Origin: an uncultured Clostridia bacterium
GTDB taxonomy: Bacteria; Bacillota; Clostridia; TANB77; CAG-508
DNA: 64,000 nucleotides
Direction: 5' to 3'
Assembly: GCA_963557785.1 (NCBI GenBank)
Contig: CAUWBF010000009.1
Span: forward strand, 715 to 64,714
Shown: piece after piece, positions 17,924 through 27,812 of the stretch
Position numbering within the stretch: the stretch's first letter is position 1
Layout of the letters: each line of letters begins with the position of its first letter
Translations under genes and position numbers: made by a program
Notes under the pieces: model-generated
Told to the model about the DNA's origin: nothing
What the model saw: only the letters and a program-made list of their open reading frames with translations
The model's database searches: none

Positions 17924-19127
17924 TTTCCTCTATTTTTTCGCTTGTGTTGATATTTTCTTCCTCTTTTTCTTCCTGCTTTGGTTTGTCTATAATTTTATTT
18001 TCGTTAGCGATAAACAATGCAGAATCCTTCTTATTTTGTTCCCTTATATCTGAAAAATCAGCATTTACGCCATCTCGTTTCAATCGGTTGTCGATAGATT
18101 CCACACGTGTTGAAATATAGTTGGCAGAACGCTTTACATCAAACAGTGTTGTTTTGATGTATGAAGGATCTTGTTTGAGATTGGAGAGCCATGATTTCAG
18201 ATACCTTGCGCTATCATCTTTCAAATTCTTTTCCATGCCGTATCTCGTAGAGAGTAGGGCAGCTGTCAATTCTGCTACCAATTCTTCACGAGCATAGGAG
18301 GGAGAACCGAAATGATCTCCAGAGGCAAAACGGTTTAATCTGTTTTGCGCTCCGGAAGCATGGCTCATTTCATGGAACAGTGTTCCGTAAAAAGCTTCAC
18401 CATTTTTGAATTGTTCTTTCAACGGAACTACAATCGTATCTTTGTTAGAGTCGTAGTAAGCTCTATCCTGTTGGGTAGGCTTAATGGGACAAACATATAG
18501 ATCGTTCTTAATCATTGTATCAACGGCAGGAATTTCCATAGTTTCCTTTTCGTTGTTGTGTTGGACCTCTTCGTATTCTTGGTTGAACTTGGCATATAAC
18601 TCGGGTCGTGCTTCTTTGATATTCGTCTGGTCTATGTTGAAAACATTGTAGACTTGAAGCTTTGGATATACACTATAATTCAATTTTTCGTCATCCGGGA
18701 GATTTTTGTAGTCATCATACTTAATCTTATCATGGGTCTCTTTATGGACTACCGTAAAGGAAGTAAACATGACCGGTGTGCTTTTTTCTCCTTTGGTAAC
18801 TGTAACGAAAGGGAGTTTGTTGCCTTCCTTGTCAACAAGTGGCTTTCTATTATCATCAAAGTTAAGACTGGAAATTCTCTCAAACGTGGCAAAACGGTTG
18901 GAGTTCCAACCTTTGTTTTCCTGTTGAAACATGAGAATCAGCGCATTCATACCGTTATATTCCCGGCCTGATAGATTTTTGGGCCATTGAAGTGCGTTTT
19001 TCGTAAACCAAGGCTTTTGCCAGTTAGATGACACACTTTCAATCTTTTTAATCATCAAATCGGCAAATACATCCAATGCTCTATCTTCAGCAGATGGGCC
19101 GTTGTTTTTATACTGATACTTAGCCAT
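17886..19127 (-). CDS. ardC: ArdC-like antirestriction protein (ssDNA-binding N-domain + HExxH metallopeptidase)
   Basis: N-domain WQKPW...GREYNGMNALIL...VYNVFNIDQT and C-domain LFHEMSHASGAQNRLNRF. Confidence 0.72.
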   Translation of the reverse strand: MAKYQYKNNGPSAEDRALDVFADLMIKKIESVSSNWQKPWFTKNALQWPKNLSGREYNGMNALILMFQQENKGWNSNRFATFERISSLNFDDNRKPLVDKEGNKLPFVTVTKGEKSTPVMFTSFTVVHKETHDKIKYDDYKNLPDDEKLNYSVYPKLQVYNVFNIDQTNIKEARPELYAKFNQEYEEVQHNNEKETMEIPAVDTMIKNDLYVCPIKPTQQDRAYYDSNKDTIVVPLKEQFKNGEAFYGTLFHEMSHASGAQNRLNRFASGDHFGSPSYAREELVAELTAALLSTRYGMEKNLKDDSARYLKSWLSNLKQDPSYIKTTLFDVKRSANYISTRVESIDNRLKRDGVNADFSDIREQNKKDSALFIANENKIIDKPKQEEKEEENINTSEKIEENAQETEHQRFRR

Positions 19128-19136
19128 TTCTTTGTT

Positions 19137-19769
19137 TTATTTTTGTTGTTCGGTTTTTTGATATTCTGAGATTTCCTTGACGATAGAGGATATGCGGATA
19201 TTGCCATCATAGGAGGAAATAGTCAAGTCTCCAATAATACTTAATGTGGCTTTGGGTTTCATGAAGTCCGGCTTAATGGTGTCGATGGAAGCACCTTTTT
19301 CCGGGAAACGCATAAAGTTTACCCATGTACTGAAGAACTCCTCTCCATGCTTTTCTGAGGAATAAGCTGAGAAGATGAGATAGGGATTGCCGTTCTTATC
19401 ATTTTTCTCTTCATAGATATTATCGTTTTTCAAACGACCTCTGAAAATGAGGGAACCGGAAATAGCATCTACGCTTTGAAGTTGTTGAACTTCATATTTT
19501 TCTGCGTTCAGATAGAAAGAAAAGTCTTCTTTCTTGTGAATATCCATTTCTCCCGAAACAACCACTTGTTTGCCAATAGTGAGAATCGAAAGATCTTCTT
19601 GTTTGCCATTGTACATGGCAACAAATATATTCACTTCCTTTTGGCTGATTTTGGGATCTGACAACCGCACCGTGAGGATGAATGAAAGGTAAGACTTGTG
19701 ATTTTTGTCAGTTCTTACCACGGCTTCTTTGGTAATTGTACCAGTGATGTTTACTTTTGCGCGTATCAT
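19137..19769 (-). CDS. possible SSB-like protein with two OB-fold-like halves
   Basis: 210 aa; N-terminus MIRAKVNITGTITKEAVVRTDKNHKSYLSFILTV resembles an SSB N-terminus; second half repeats the pattern. Weak call. Confidence 0.35.
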   Translation of the reverse strand: MIRAKVNITGTITKEAVVRTDKNHKSYLSFILTVRLSDPKISQKEVNIFVAMYNGKQEDLSILTIGKQVVVSGEMDIHKKEDFSFYLNAEKYEVQQLQSVDAISGSLIFRGRLKNDNIYEEKNDKNGNPYLIFSAYSSEKHGEEFFSTWVNFMRFPEKGASIDTIKPDFMKPKATLSIIGDLTISSYDGNIRISSIVKEISEYQKTEQQK

Positions 19770-19790
19770 ATCTTGTAGTTTAAAGGGTTA

Positions 19791-21413
19791 TTATTTGCGT
19801 TGAAGTGTTTGTTCTTGCGTTTGTTGCTGAGATTCTATCTGTTCGTATGTGTTGGACGCTTGTTTGGAGAAGGTGATGGAATACACTATATTTGTAATCT
19901 TCTGCTTCTTCATAGTATCATCGCTGTCACTGTTGAGAATACCGGCAATTTTATTTTGTTCGTTCTTGGTTAGCTCGTGGGATATTTCCTGTTTTCCGTC
20001 ATTGACGGTGAGTATAGGTTTCCCATTGGCATTGATACTGATTGAGGCACTTTTAAAGTTGGGAGTGAAGCTACTGATGTCAACTTTCTTGTTGAATACC
20101 GCATCACTGACTGCCTGAAGTTTTTCCTCGTTGCTTTTGTCTTTATCCAATTTCATGGATAACATAAGCAGCATCATTAAAAACTGGAAAAGTCCTCCGA
20201 ACAAGCCTTCTCTCTGGGCATTGTCTAATTGGGCATCCTCAGAAGAAAGCAGCTTTTGCATCCAACTCTCAGGATTTGTTTCTCCTTGCTGGTTTTGAAG
20301 GACAGATTTTGGATCTTGGCCACCGGCTGCATATTGGCCGAGTAAATTTTTGCCATTATACAAGGCTTCTTTGTTCAAGTTGCCTTTTTGATTGATTTCT
20401 GCCAAATAAGCTGCAGGGTTGACCCAAGTCTTTTTGTTGTCTGCCGATATATTGATTACACCCAAATGTAAGTGTTCACCTGTAACTCGTGTACCAGTTG
20501 CACCTGATACACCCAATTTTTGACCGGCATTTACCGTATCACCCTTTTGTACGTTGATTTGGGATAGGTGCATATATTGCACATGGGTCTTACTACCGTC
20601 ATCACGGACGTATTCGACAGTAACCGTTTTTCCTCCACCGGTATCAGTTCTATTGTCTACACCGATTACTTTACCATTATTTTCAGTAGCCAATAAATCA
20701 TCTTTGCGTGTCCTAATATCTATTCCGTGATGGATCTGCTTTTGTGATTTATTGATAGGGTCAACTCTTTCGCCATAAGGAGAAGTGATAAACAAAGATG
20801 CTTCGCGAGCTACCGGCATACTGTATTGACCTTGTGGAAGGTTCATACCTGTACTTTTTACAGCTACGGTGTTGGCCGTGTTGGTGGTTTTCGCGTTTGA
20901 ATTATCGGAAGATAAGGGATTTGATTCAACACCAAACTTTTTGCCTTGGGCTTTCATTTCTTGCATCACTTGTTGGTCATATTTGTGTAAATCGTTGCTT
21001 TCAATGACACTGACAATGGTTGATACATAATTGGAAGCAGTAGCATAACCACCTTTTTTGATGGCGTTGGCCCATCCTTTATAATCTTCCGGAGAAAGAC
21101 TTGCTGTATATTTTTGATAGCGATTAGCAGTCAGAACCTTAGAATGGTCTTCATAACTTTGACCGACATTATCATATTTCTTGAATTTTTCGTTAGGTCG
21201 ATCATCGTTAGCCAGTACATAGTTGCCATTATAAGTGCCTTTTACTCCGAAATGATTATTAGCGGTTTGTGCCAGAGTACTTTTACCGGATGCAGATTCT
21301 ATGATTCCCTGTGCAAGTGTTACAGAGGCAGGAATGCCATATCTGCGCATTTGCTCCATGGCATATCCTGCATATTGTTCAATATATTGTTGTCTTGATG
21401 AATTTACTCCCAT
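19791..21413 (-). CDS. bifunctional peptidoglycan hydrolase: GH73 glucosaminidase + M23 peptidase
   Basis: IPASVTLAQGIIESASGKSTLAQTANNHFGVKG (GH73/FlgJ-like); HHGIDIR...TGEHLHLGV (M23 HxxxD...HxH). Confidence 0.78.
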   Translation of the reverse strand: MGVNSSRQQYIEQYAGYAMEQMRRYGIPASVTLAQGIIESASGKSTLAQTANNHFGVKGTYNGNYVLANDDRPNEKFKKYDNVGQSYEDHSKVLTANRYQKYTASLSPEDYKGWANAIKKGGYATASNYVSTIVSVIESNDLHKYDQQVMQEMKAQGKKFGVESNPLSSDNSNAKTTNTANTVAVKSTGMNLPQGQYSMPVAREASLFITSPYGERVDPINKSQKQIHHGIDIRTRKDDLLATENNGKVIGVDNRTDTGGGKTVTVEYVRDDGSKTHVQYMHLSQINVQKGDTVNAGQKLGVSGATGTRVTGEHLHLGVINISADNKKTWVNPAAYLAEINQKGNLNKEALYNGKNLLGQYAAGGQDPKSVLQNQQGETNPESWMQKLLSSEDAQLDNAQREGLFGGLFQFLMMLLMLSMKLDKDKSNEEKLQAVSDAVFNKKVDISSFTPNFKSASISINANGKPILTVNDGKQEISHELTKNEQNKIAGILNSDSDDTMKKQKITNIVYSITFSKQASNTYEQIESQQQTQEQTLQRK

Positions 21414-23396
21414 TTATCTGTGCATTGATGGACGTGATACAATAGACTCTTTTTGTTCCTGCTCTTTAGGTGGATCTTGACGAGATGGTTTGGGTATTTT
21501 TTGTTCTTCCTCGTTGGGGGTGCAAATAGCTACTCTTGAACCACTTCTTATCAGTTTTGGCAAATTTCCGTCTAAGGAACTGGCAGGAAAACTGGCACTC
21601 CTGAGAGGAGTTTTCTCGTTTTCATAATGATTCTTCTCCGTCTTTATTTCCAGATCAAGTTTTTTTGAAAGTGTGACAGCATCATCAGAATATGCTATAT
21701 AATAGTTCCCTTTGCGAAACAGTAGAAGCGCGTCAGAATAATTCTTCTTCAAAGCCTTATATTGCTCCATAATGGGAGGAATGTTCTTTTCTGCAGTATC
21801 ATGAGAAACTTCTGACTGTTTACTTTGCTCTTTTGTTGCAGTCTGCTCTACTTCTTGGGCTTGTTTTGTTCCCTCTTTTTTAATGTTGTTGAGAGTTTCA
21901 GCGTAAAGGCTCGCTGCCAGTGCTACTTTATAAGCTGAGCGATTATCTGTCAACCAAAATCTTTGATAAAGAGATTTGTTTAGCTCAATGGGCTGCAATG
22001 CTTTTCCGTCAACATACGCGATGATCATGTTTTTTTGGTCTTTGGTTCTAAAGACGTTAACCCTGTCAATTTTTTCAATGTTTTCCTGCGTAGCTCCGGT
22101 ATTAAATATGTCCACCTTCAATTCGGGATGTTGAAGGGAAAGACCATAATATTTTTGAGCAAGTTCAGTTCTAATGCTAACTCCTTCTTCCTTGTTCGGA
22201 TTCTTCAAGGAATCAAAGTACATACTTATATCCTGCTTTGAAGGATGAATGGCAAAAGGCTTTTGCTCATTTGGTCGGGCAACCAAAGTCCATTTTTCAT
22301 TATCATCTTTGAGAATGGTAATCTGCTCAAAAGAAACAGCTTTTGAAACCTGATTTTCTTGCATATTTCTCTGAGCTTGTTCCTGAGAATTTACATTGAG
22401 TAATTCCACTGTTTCTCGCTCATTGATTTTGATTTTTTCTCCCTTCTCTGCTTTTTTCATCATGCCGACAGCACGATTGATGTCGCGGAAAAGGTTTTCC
22501 GTATAATTGGGCGTTTCTTTGATATGTTTGATGATAGATGGTACATTCTCAATCGTTGTTTTCTTCAATTTAGAAGGCAAACCAAATTCAAGAAGTTTGT
22601 GTGCTGAAACTAAATCTTCTACCAAACTCTCACGCGCCTGTTTCTCTTTGTCAGAAGACATTGTTCCTTCTCTGTTCAAACGCTGTGGTACACCAGTAGC
22701 ACGAACAATTTCACGAGTTACGGCCTGTACATATTCCGGGTATGTGTCAAATTCCTTCTGAGCCGGAATATGAATCAGGTCTCTGTTTGCATCATAATGA
22801 GCTACACCTATACCATCTCTGCGTATAGGCAGGAGGTTTTCCCTCATTTTTTGAATGTATTTATTGATGTCTATGCGTAGCTCTTTCTCATCATGCGGTG
22901 CAGTCTGCCCGGTATCATTGATATGCGTCTTATATGAATCCTTGTGAACAAAGGGAAGGGTAGTTTGGTCAAGGTTGAAAAGTGTAAATACATTTTCTTT
23001 AGGATTGACTCTGTATCGTCCTTTATCCTCCTCAGATAATTTGTTGAAACTATCCTTGGTAATCTTGTTTTCCGGGTTCGCAATTTCAACATATTCATTG
23101 AGATTGCTCCAAATGAAAGGAACTCCTTTTTGTCCTCTTCGAATAGCTGCATTATTGGCTTGGAGATTTTGAAAGGTCGTATAGGCGTTTGACTTGAAAT
23201 TTCCATTGTCACTGTGCATAGCCATCATGAGAGAGTTTACAGGTGTAATTTGCAACTCTTTGTTATAGAAGTGAGGTTGCTGCTTATAATTGGTGTTTAG
23301 AAACAAACCATTTTCTTTTGCAGCTCTTTCTAAGGCTTCTATGAGGACTTCTTTCTGTCTTTCAAGCCCGGTTTTTTTGATATATTCTGTTTCCAT
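21414..23396 (-). CDS. ArdC-N-like domain protein with degenerate peptidase motif and long C-terminal extension
   Basis: Domain order parallels ArdC: N-domain ...PVNSLMMAMHSDNGNFKSNAYTTFQNLQ... then NVFTLFNLDQT; HExxH replaced by TREIV. Confidence 0.5.
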   Translation of the reverse strand: METEYIKKTGLERQKEVLIEALERAAKENGLFLNTNYKQQPHFYNKELQITPVNSLMMAMHSDNGNFKSNAYTTFQNLQANNAAIRRGQKGVPFIWSNLNEYVEIANPENKITKDSFNKLSEEDKGRYRVNPKENVFTLFNLDQTTLPFVHKDSYKTHINDTGQTAPHDEKELRIDINKYIQKMRENLLPIRRDGIGVAHYDANRDLIHIPAQKEFDTYPEYVQAVTREIVRATGVPQRLNREGTMSSDKEKQARESLVEDLVSAHKLLEFGLPSKLKKTTIENVPSIIKHIKETPNYTENLFRDINRAVGMMKKAEKGEKIKINERETVELLNVNSQEQAQRNMQENQVSKAVSFEQITILKDDNEKWTLVARPNEQKPFAIHPSKQDISMYFDSLKNPNKEEGVSIRTELAQKYYGLSLQHPELKVDIFNTGATQENIEKIDRVNVFRTKDQKNMIIAYVDGKALQPIELNKSLYQRFWLTDNRSAYKVALAASLYAETLNNIKKEGTKQAQEVEQTATKEQSKQSEVSHDTAEKNIPPIMEQYKALKKNYSDALLLFRKGNYYIAYSDDAVTLSKKLDLEIKTEKNHYENEKTPLRSASFPASSLDGNLPKLIRSGSRVAICTPNEEEQKIPKPSRQDPPKEQEQKESIVSRPSMHR

Positions 23397-23411
23397 TATA
23401 TTTTATTTTTA

Positions 23412-25340
23412 TTACCTGAGACCTTTGCTTTGCTCACGAACCTGATTGCTTTCATATTTTTCTGAAGCTTGTAGAGATTGCGATTCAGAAACAGCGAGTT
23501 GGTCTGCTCTATTCAAAATCCTATTGGCCAAAGTATTCAATGGCAAGGCTCCTTTATGGTAAGCATCAACTACGGTAGGGGGGAGGGTCACTATTCTGGG
23601 AACATTGTCAATATCTACCAGTAATACATTCCCCTCTAATTGCGGATTTTTCAACCTTTGATTGAGAGGTTCATCTGCGTACTGCTTATAGTTAACTGAT
23701 GAATTTTCTTCCTTTTGTAGACCATTTTTTTCTAATACATATTGGGTCGACTTATTCAGCAAGTTGGTGGCTCCGAGCAACAGTAATGGTATCTTCAACA
23801 TCGGATTTTTGGAAAAGATACCACACATTATCAAAGCAAAGGGTAATATAGTTCCTGATGTTAATCCTTCATTCTTTGTCTGGCCGGTAAAAAGACGTAT
23901 AAGCATCTCAGGTAGGTTCGCAAGCGACAAACCCAAATTCTTCATTGTATCAACGCTGCCTTTAAAACCTACTTCGCTAATCATGTTGTTCCAACCCGAG
24001 TAATCACCGGATGGAGTATTACTTTGCTGATTCTCGTTGTTTGTACTATTTGCAGTATTAGCATCATTTGTACTGTTTGAAGTCCTATATGCTTCATCGC
24101 TTTCGGCTTCATCTATATGGTCATATGCTACCGGTGAAACGACTTTTCTGTTATTGGCTTCAGCTTTAGCTGCTTTGGCAAATGCTTCATATTGCAAAGC
24201 TCTTGCAGTTGCTTCATCAATCGACATTTGTGAATCTTTGCCTGATGCCTTAACCGTAGACTGGCCATTGAGAGCAGCTTTCTGGATTTTGTCACGATAC
24301 ATCTTGGCATTACCACTGGCCCATTGTGTAGCCATGTGAAGTTGCTTTTCTGTTGCTTGGGATATATCTTTAAATCCCATCTTTTCCATCATCCATTGAG
24401 GATGATTCATTCGATTGGTTATTTCATCTTCCAATAATCTCTGAAATGATTCATATCGTTTGGCTTGAAGGGTTGCTTCAGTCAAAGATATATAATTGGA
24501 TTTACCAGAGGCTTTTACTGCTCTCTTCCCTTCTGAAACAGTTGCATGAATTTTATTTCTATAGCTTAGAGCATTCTGATAAGCCCATTCATGAGCCTTC
24601 ATTAGTTCCTCGTTTGAAGCTTCAGAAATATTGCTGATACCCATTTGTTTCATCATCCATGAGGGAATGGAAACTTCTTTTTTATTGGCAACAGCAATTT
24701 CTTTATTTGCCTGTTTCTTTTTTTCTTCTAAATATTGTTCCTGTTGGGCTTGGCTATGATCCATAGAATTTGCTGTTGTACTTAATAATGTCTGACCGAT
24801 AAAAGAGGCGATTGTTCCTTGTCCCATGGTTACAACTGCATTGGAAACAAAAGCAGAAACTTCACCGGCCAACTTTTCTAAAGATGAGGGATTATACTCT
24901 TTTTCGGCTTCTTGCTTGATATGGCCTTCAAGTGAAGTTCTTGTAGCAGAAAGCGTTGCACTGAATACGTTGCCTTCTTGAATTTTCTTAATGATGTAAT
25001 CTGTTGTGGATTTGGGCATCTTTTGCTTGACCAAATAGTCAATCATTTGTTGCTCAATCTCCGGAGTCACCTTTATCCCCTTGCTTAATAATATCTTATT
25101 TACGGTCTTTAAATAATCGTCAGCTGTTTTGCTGTTCCATTCTCCGATGGTATATATTAAGTTGTTATGACTGGCTATTGCTGTCATGCCACCGTCAGGT
25201 CCGATACCTCCCAACATATTTGCGTGCCAAGAAGACTGATGTTTGATCATTTCCTGCCTCTTGGCTTCTTCCAGATCATGCTGTACTTTCTTCATAACAG
25301 GTAGTACAGCACTGTTAAATATATCTTTGTTTGATGACAT
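23412..25340 (-). CDS. large hypothetical protein with internal tandem ~75-aa repeat and C-terminal TM segments
   Basis: Repeat units SWMMKQMGISNISEASNEELMKAHEWAYQNA... and QWMMEKMGFKDISQATEKQLHMATQWASGNA...; hydrophobic C-terminus. Confidence 0.5.
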   Translation of the reverse strand: MSSNKDIFNSAVLPVMKKVQHDLEEAKRQEMIKHQSSWHANMLGGIGPDGGMTAIASHNNLIYTIGEWNSKTADDYLKTVNKILLSKGIKVTPEIEQQMIDYLVKQKMPKSTTDYIIKKIQEGNVFSATLSATRTSLEGHIKQEAEKEYNPSSLEKLAGEVSAFVSNAVVTMGQGTIASFIGQTLLSTTANSMDHSQAQQEQYLEEKKKQANKEIAVANKKEVSIPSWMMKQMGISNISEASNEELMKAHEWAYQNALSYRNKIHATVSEGKRAVKASGKSNYISLTEATLQAKRYESFQRLLEDEITNRMNHPQWMMEKMGFKDISQATEKQLHMATQWASGNAKMYRDKIQKAALNGQSTVKASGKDSQMSIDEATARALQYEAFAKAAKAEANNRKVVSPVAYDHIDEAESDEAYRTSNSTNDANTANSTNNENQQSNTPSGDYSGWNNMISEVGFKGSVDTMKNLGLSLANLPEMLIRLFTGQTKNEGLTSGTILPFALIMCGIFSKNPMLKIPLLLLGATNLLNKSTQYVLEKNGLQKEENSSVNYKQYADEPLNQRLKNPQLEGNVLLVDIDNVPRIVTLPPTVVDAYHKGALPLNTLANRILNRADQLAVSESQSLQASEKYESNQVREQSKGLR

Positions 25341-25342
25341 GA

Positions 25343-25555
25343 TTAAGTATAGGTTTGTTTTAATTGTTGGATAACTTGTTCTCGTGTTTGAGCAAGGGCT
25401 GCGTGAAGAATCTGCATTTGCTGGGGATAATATTCTTCAAGCCATTCGTCCTTTTTTATATTGTCCTGAATGAATTTAATGGCAAGTTCTCTGGTGATTT
25501 CTATTGCTCTCTCACCTTTTGCTTTGCCATTAAACCACGCCTTCGTCCACCACAC
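25343..25555 (-). CDS. small hypothetical protein
   Basis: 70-aa ORF, 3 nt from the upstream stop. Confidence 0.35.
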   Translation of the reverse strand: MWWTKAWFNGKAKGERAIEITRELAIKFIQDNIKKDEWLEEYYPQQMQILHAALAQTREQVIQQLKQTYT

Positions 25556-25656
25556 AATACCATCTTTGTCAGGATATACACTTACGGTTCTTTCTATATC
25601 GAAACTTTGAATGTCGATGTCAAATTCCGCAAGAGGGTCTATTACACCTTGACTTT

Positions 25657-26496
25657 CTACTGCCCTGTCAGTAGCTTTTTTTTTTCTGCTTCTGTCATGG
25701 AGGAAAGGAATACGCCTTGCATAAGAGCCAGGTAATTGAGAAAGTCTTGAATAAGCAATGTCTGAATCCTTCCTATCAGGCCAAAGCTGCGTTCTCCTAA
25801 GCCTAATGGATTCAGCATACTTGGTATATGTTCGTAGTAAGCACCTAAGCGTGAACCTTCTTGTATAATATCTCGTAGCGTATTTTCTGTAGCTTTAGGT
25901 ACCTGATAGCGGTTGAAGAGCATATCCTTCATGTAGGACCCAAAGAATCTGTTATACATCTGGTCCAATTCTTTTTCATGATTATCATAAGGCGTATGCA
26001 CATCAAAATCAAGAGTGGCAATCTCCGGATTATTTCCGCTCATCTGTTTTTGGCTTTCCATGACGAGGTTATCGCGTACCATAGTTAAAAATTCAAGGGG
26101 ATTGATTTCCTTACCATTGAATCTAACTTCCATGTGTAAATAATCGTCACAGACAGCAACATTGTCTTCGGCCTTCACATTTTGGCCAAAATTGCAGATT
26201 GATTCTTTGATATGGTAGTAGGTAACTTCATAGGCAGCTTTACTTTGTGGCTGATAATTACGGTATATAATAGTGATGTTGAATCCTTTTTGAATATCAC
26301 TGGAAACACCCGAAACTATACCTGTTGCGAGAGCTTTAAGCCATGTGTTTGGACGCACTTTAAAGTCAATACCATGATTGAAGTCATTTTCACTACCGCC
26401 ATATTCCTTGATTATTTCAAGGGGTTCTGATTCTGTAAGTTCAAAAGGCATTGCGTAACCACTTGGACTTTGTAGATTCATATTTTGATTATCCAT
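25657..26496 (-). CDS. M23/LytM-domain protein, possibly catalytically degenerate
   Basis: NHGIDFKV ... YLHMEVRFNGKEINPLEF resembles M23 HxxxD and HLHFEVR..G..vNPL motifs, with YLH in place of HLH. Confidence 0.5.
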   Translation of the reverse strand: MDNQNMNLQSPSGYAMPFELTESEPLEIIKEYGGSENDFNHGIDFKVRPNTWLKALATGIVSGVSSDIQKGFNITIIYRNYQPQSKAAYEVTYYHIKESICNFGQNVKAEDNVAVCDDYLHMEVRFNGKEINPLEFLTMVRDNLVMESQKQMSGNNPEIATLDFDVHTPYDNHEKELDQMYNRFFGSYMKDMLFNRYQVPKATENTLRDIIQEGSRLGAYYEHIPSMLNPLGLGERSFGLIGRIQTLLIQDFLNYLALMQGVFLSSMTEAEKKKLLTGQ

Positions 26497-26520
26497 ATTC
26501 AGAAATTCTTTCGTTATGTA

Positions 26521-27093
26521 TTAAATGTCTATTTTTTTACTTTCCGAAGGTTTTAATATAGGTTGATCGCCAGGCTTGGTAACGGGTCTAAATTCAAAAT
26601 CAGGCGGTAGTTGCAAATCACCACCGGGATTTATAATAATAACATCTCCGGGTTTTGTTGGGAATTGAGGATCGGGTTTCCAACTTGGATGATTCATCGG
26701 TGGAATATCTGTAATAATATCATCATAATTGTCTCCACCGACTTGGCTGCCGGTTCCTCCAGTCCCCCCAGTTCCTTGATTACCGGCTATCAGTCCTGAT
26801 TCTTTGTACGCGAAGAACTGAGGAAGACTTATTGACATAGCTACCATAGTAAAACAGGAACCGGCATAGGTAAGAATCTTTTTCCTGGTATGAGGGTCGT
26901 TATTTTGTATGGCATAATAGATGGAGAATGCTCCAACAATGCCGATAATACAAGCTATAACATATCCTAATGATTGAACAGCAGGGGTGTACTTATAAAT
27001 AGAATCTCCTGCTATACCTATTCCATTGGTAATGCCATCGGCAAAAGCCAAAGTCGGGCTTAGAACTAACAAAAGGGTAATTACTTTTTTCAT
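26521..27093 (-). CDS. secreted/membrane protein with Gly/Thr-rich and Pro-rich C-terminal region
   Basis: Signal peptide, two hydrophobic helices, GTGGTGGTG run, PxxP-rich tail. Confidence 0.45.
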   Translation of the reverse strand: MKKVITLLLVLSPTLAFADGITNGIGIAGDSIYKYTPAVQSLGYVIACIIGIVGAFSIYYAIQNNDPHTRKKILTYAGSCFTMVAMSISLPQFFAYKESGLIAGNQGTGGTGGTGSQVGGDNYDDIITDIPPMNHPSWKPDPQFPTKPGDVIIINPGGDLQLPPDFEFRPVTKPGDQPILKPSESKKIDI

Positions 27094-27106
27094 AATCTTT
27101 TAAATC

Positions 27107-27805
27107 TTATCTGCGCATAGCTGTTTGTTGTTGATTTTCTTGGGTATTTCCTTGTTGCATGGTTTGAGCCGTTGCTTGTTCTTTTTGCTTAGCTTCTGAC
27201 GTACTGTTGAGAATAAACATAGCCATCAACGCTCCTCCTATTTTTCCGAGGATTCCGCTTCGGCTAAACATCATGTAACTGGCTGCAATCAAACCAAAAA
27301 TGCCTAAACCTGATATTTTACCAAGGCCAACATTATTGAACATATTTGAAATAGCACCAACTCCACTTCCTATCATATTGACAAGACCAGACATCATATT
27401 ACCGATTCCACCTAAAAAATCTTTGGTGGCATTGGTTGAATCTGCAACTCCATTCACTACGGATTGCGTAGTTTCCTTAACTTGTTCTACCGTATTTTCA
27501 CCAGTGTAGCCATTCACGACATCATGGGCAAAACCTCCGGCACCATCCGTTGCGTCCCGGAAGGTCTTGCCAACACTTGTTCCTATAGAATCATCAGTGC
27601 CGATATTTTTCCACCCGGCATAGCTCGCAACTGCTGCCACAGCGGAGGTTTTTGGGTTCTTTATGACAAATTCAGCACCCACTTTACCGCCTTGAATAGC
27701 CTTTGCTGTAGTTGCTGCTACAACACTCGTAATTTGGGATGTAGCTTTTGCTCCTAATTTTAATAATTGGGGAACAACTCTAGTTAATAATGATAACCAC
27801 GCCAT
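27107..27805 (-). CDS. glycine-rich membrane protein
   Basis: 232 aa; multiple GxxxG-type hydrophobic segments; Q-rich C-terminus. Confidence 0.45.
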   Translation of the reverse strand: MAWLSLLTRVVPQLLKLGAKATSQITSVVAATTAKAIQGGKVGAEFVIKNPKTSAVAAVASYAGWKNIGTDDSIGTSVGKTFRDATDGAGGFAHDVVNGYTGENTVEQVKETTQSVVNGVADSTNATKDFLGGIGNMMSGLVNMIGSGVGAISNMFNNVGLGKISGLGIFGLIAASYMMFSRSGILGKIGGALMAMFILNSTSEAKQKEQATAQTMQQGNTQENQQQTAMRR

Positions 27806-27812
27806 ATTTTTG

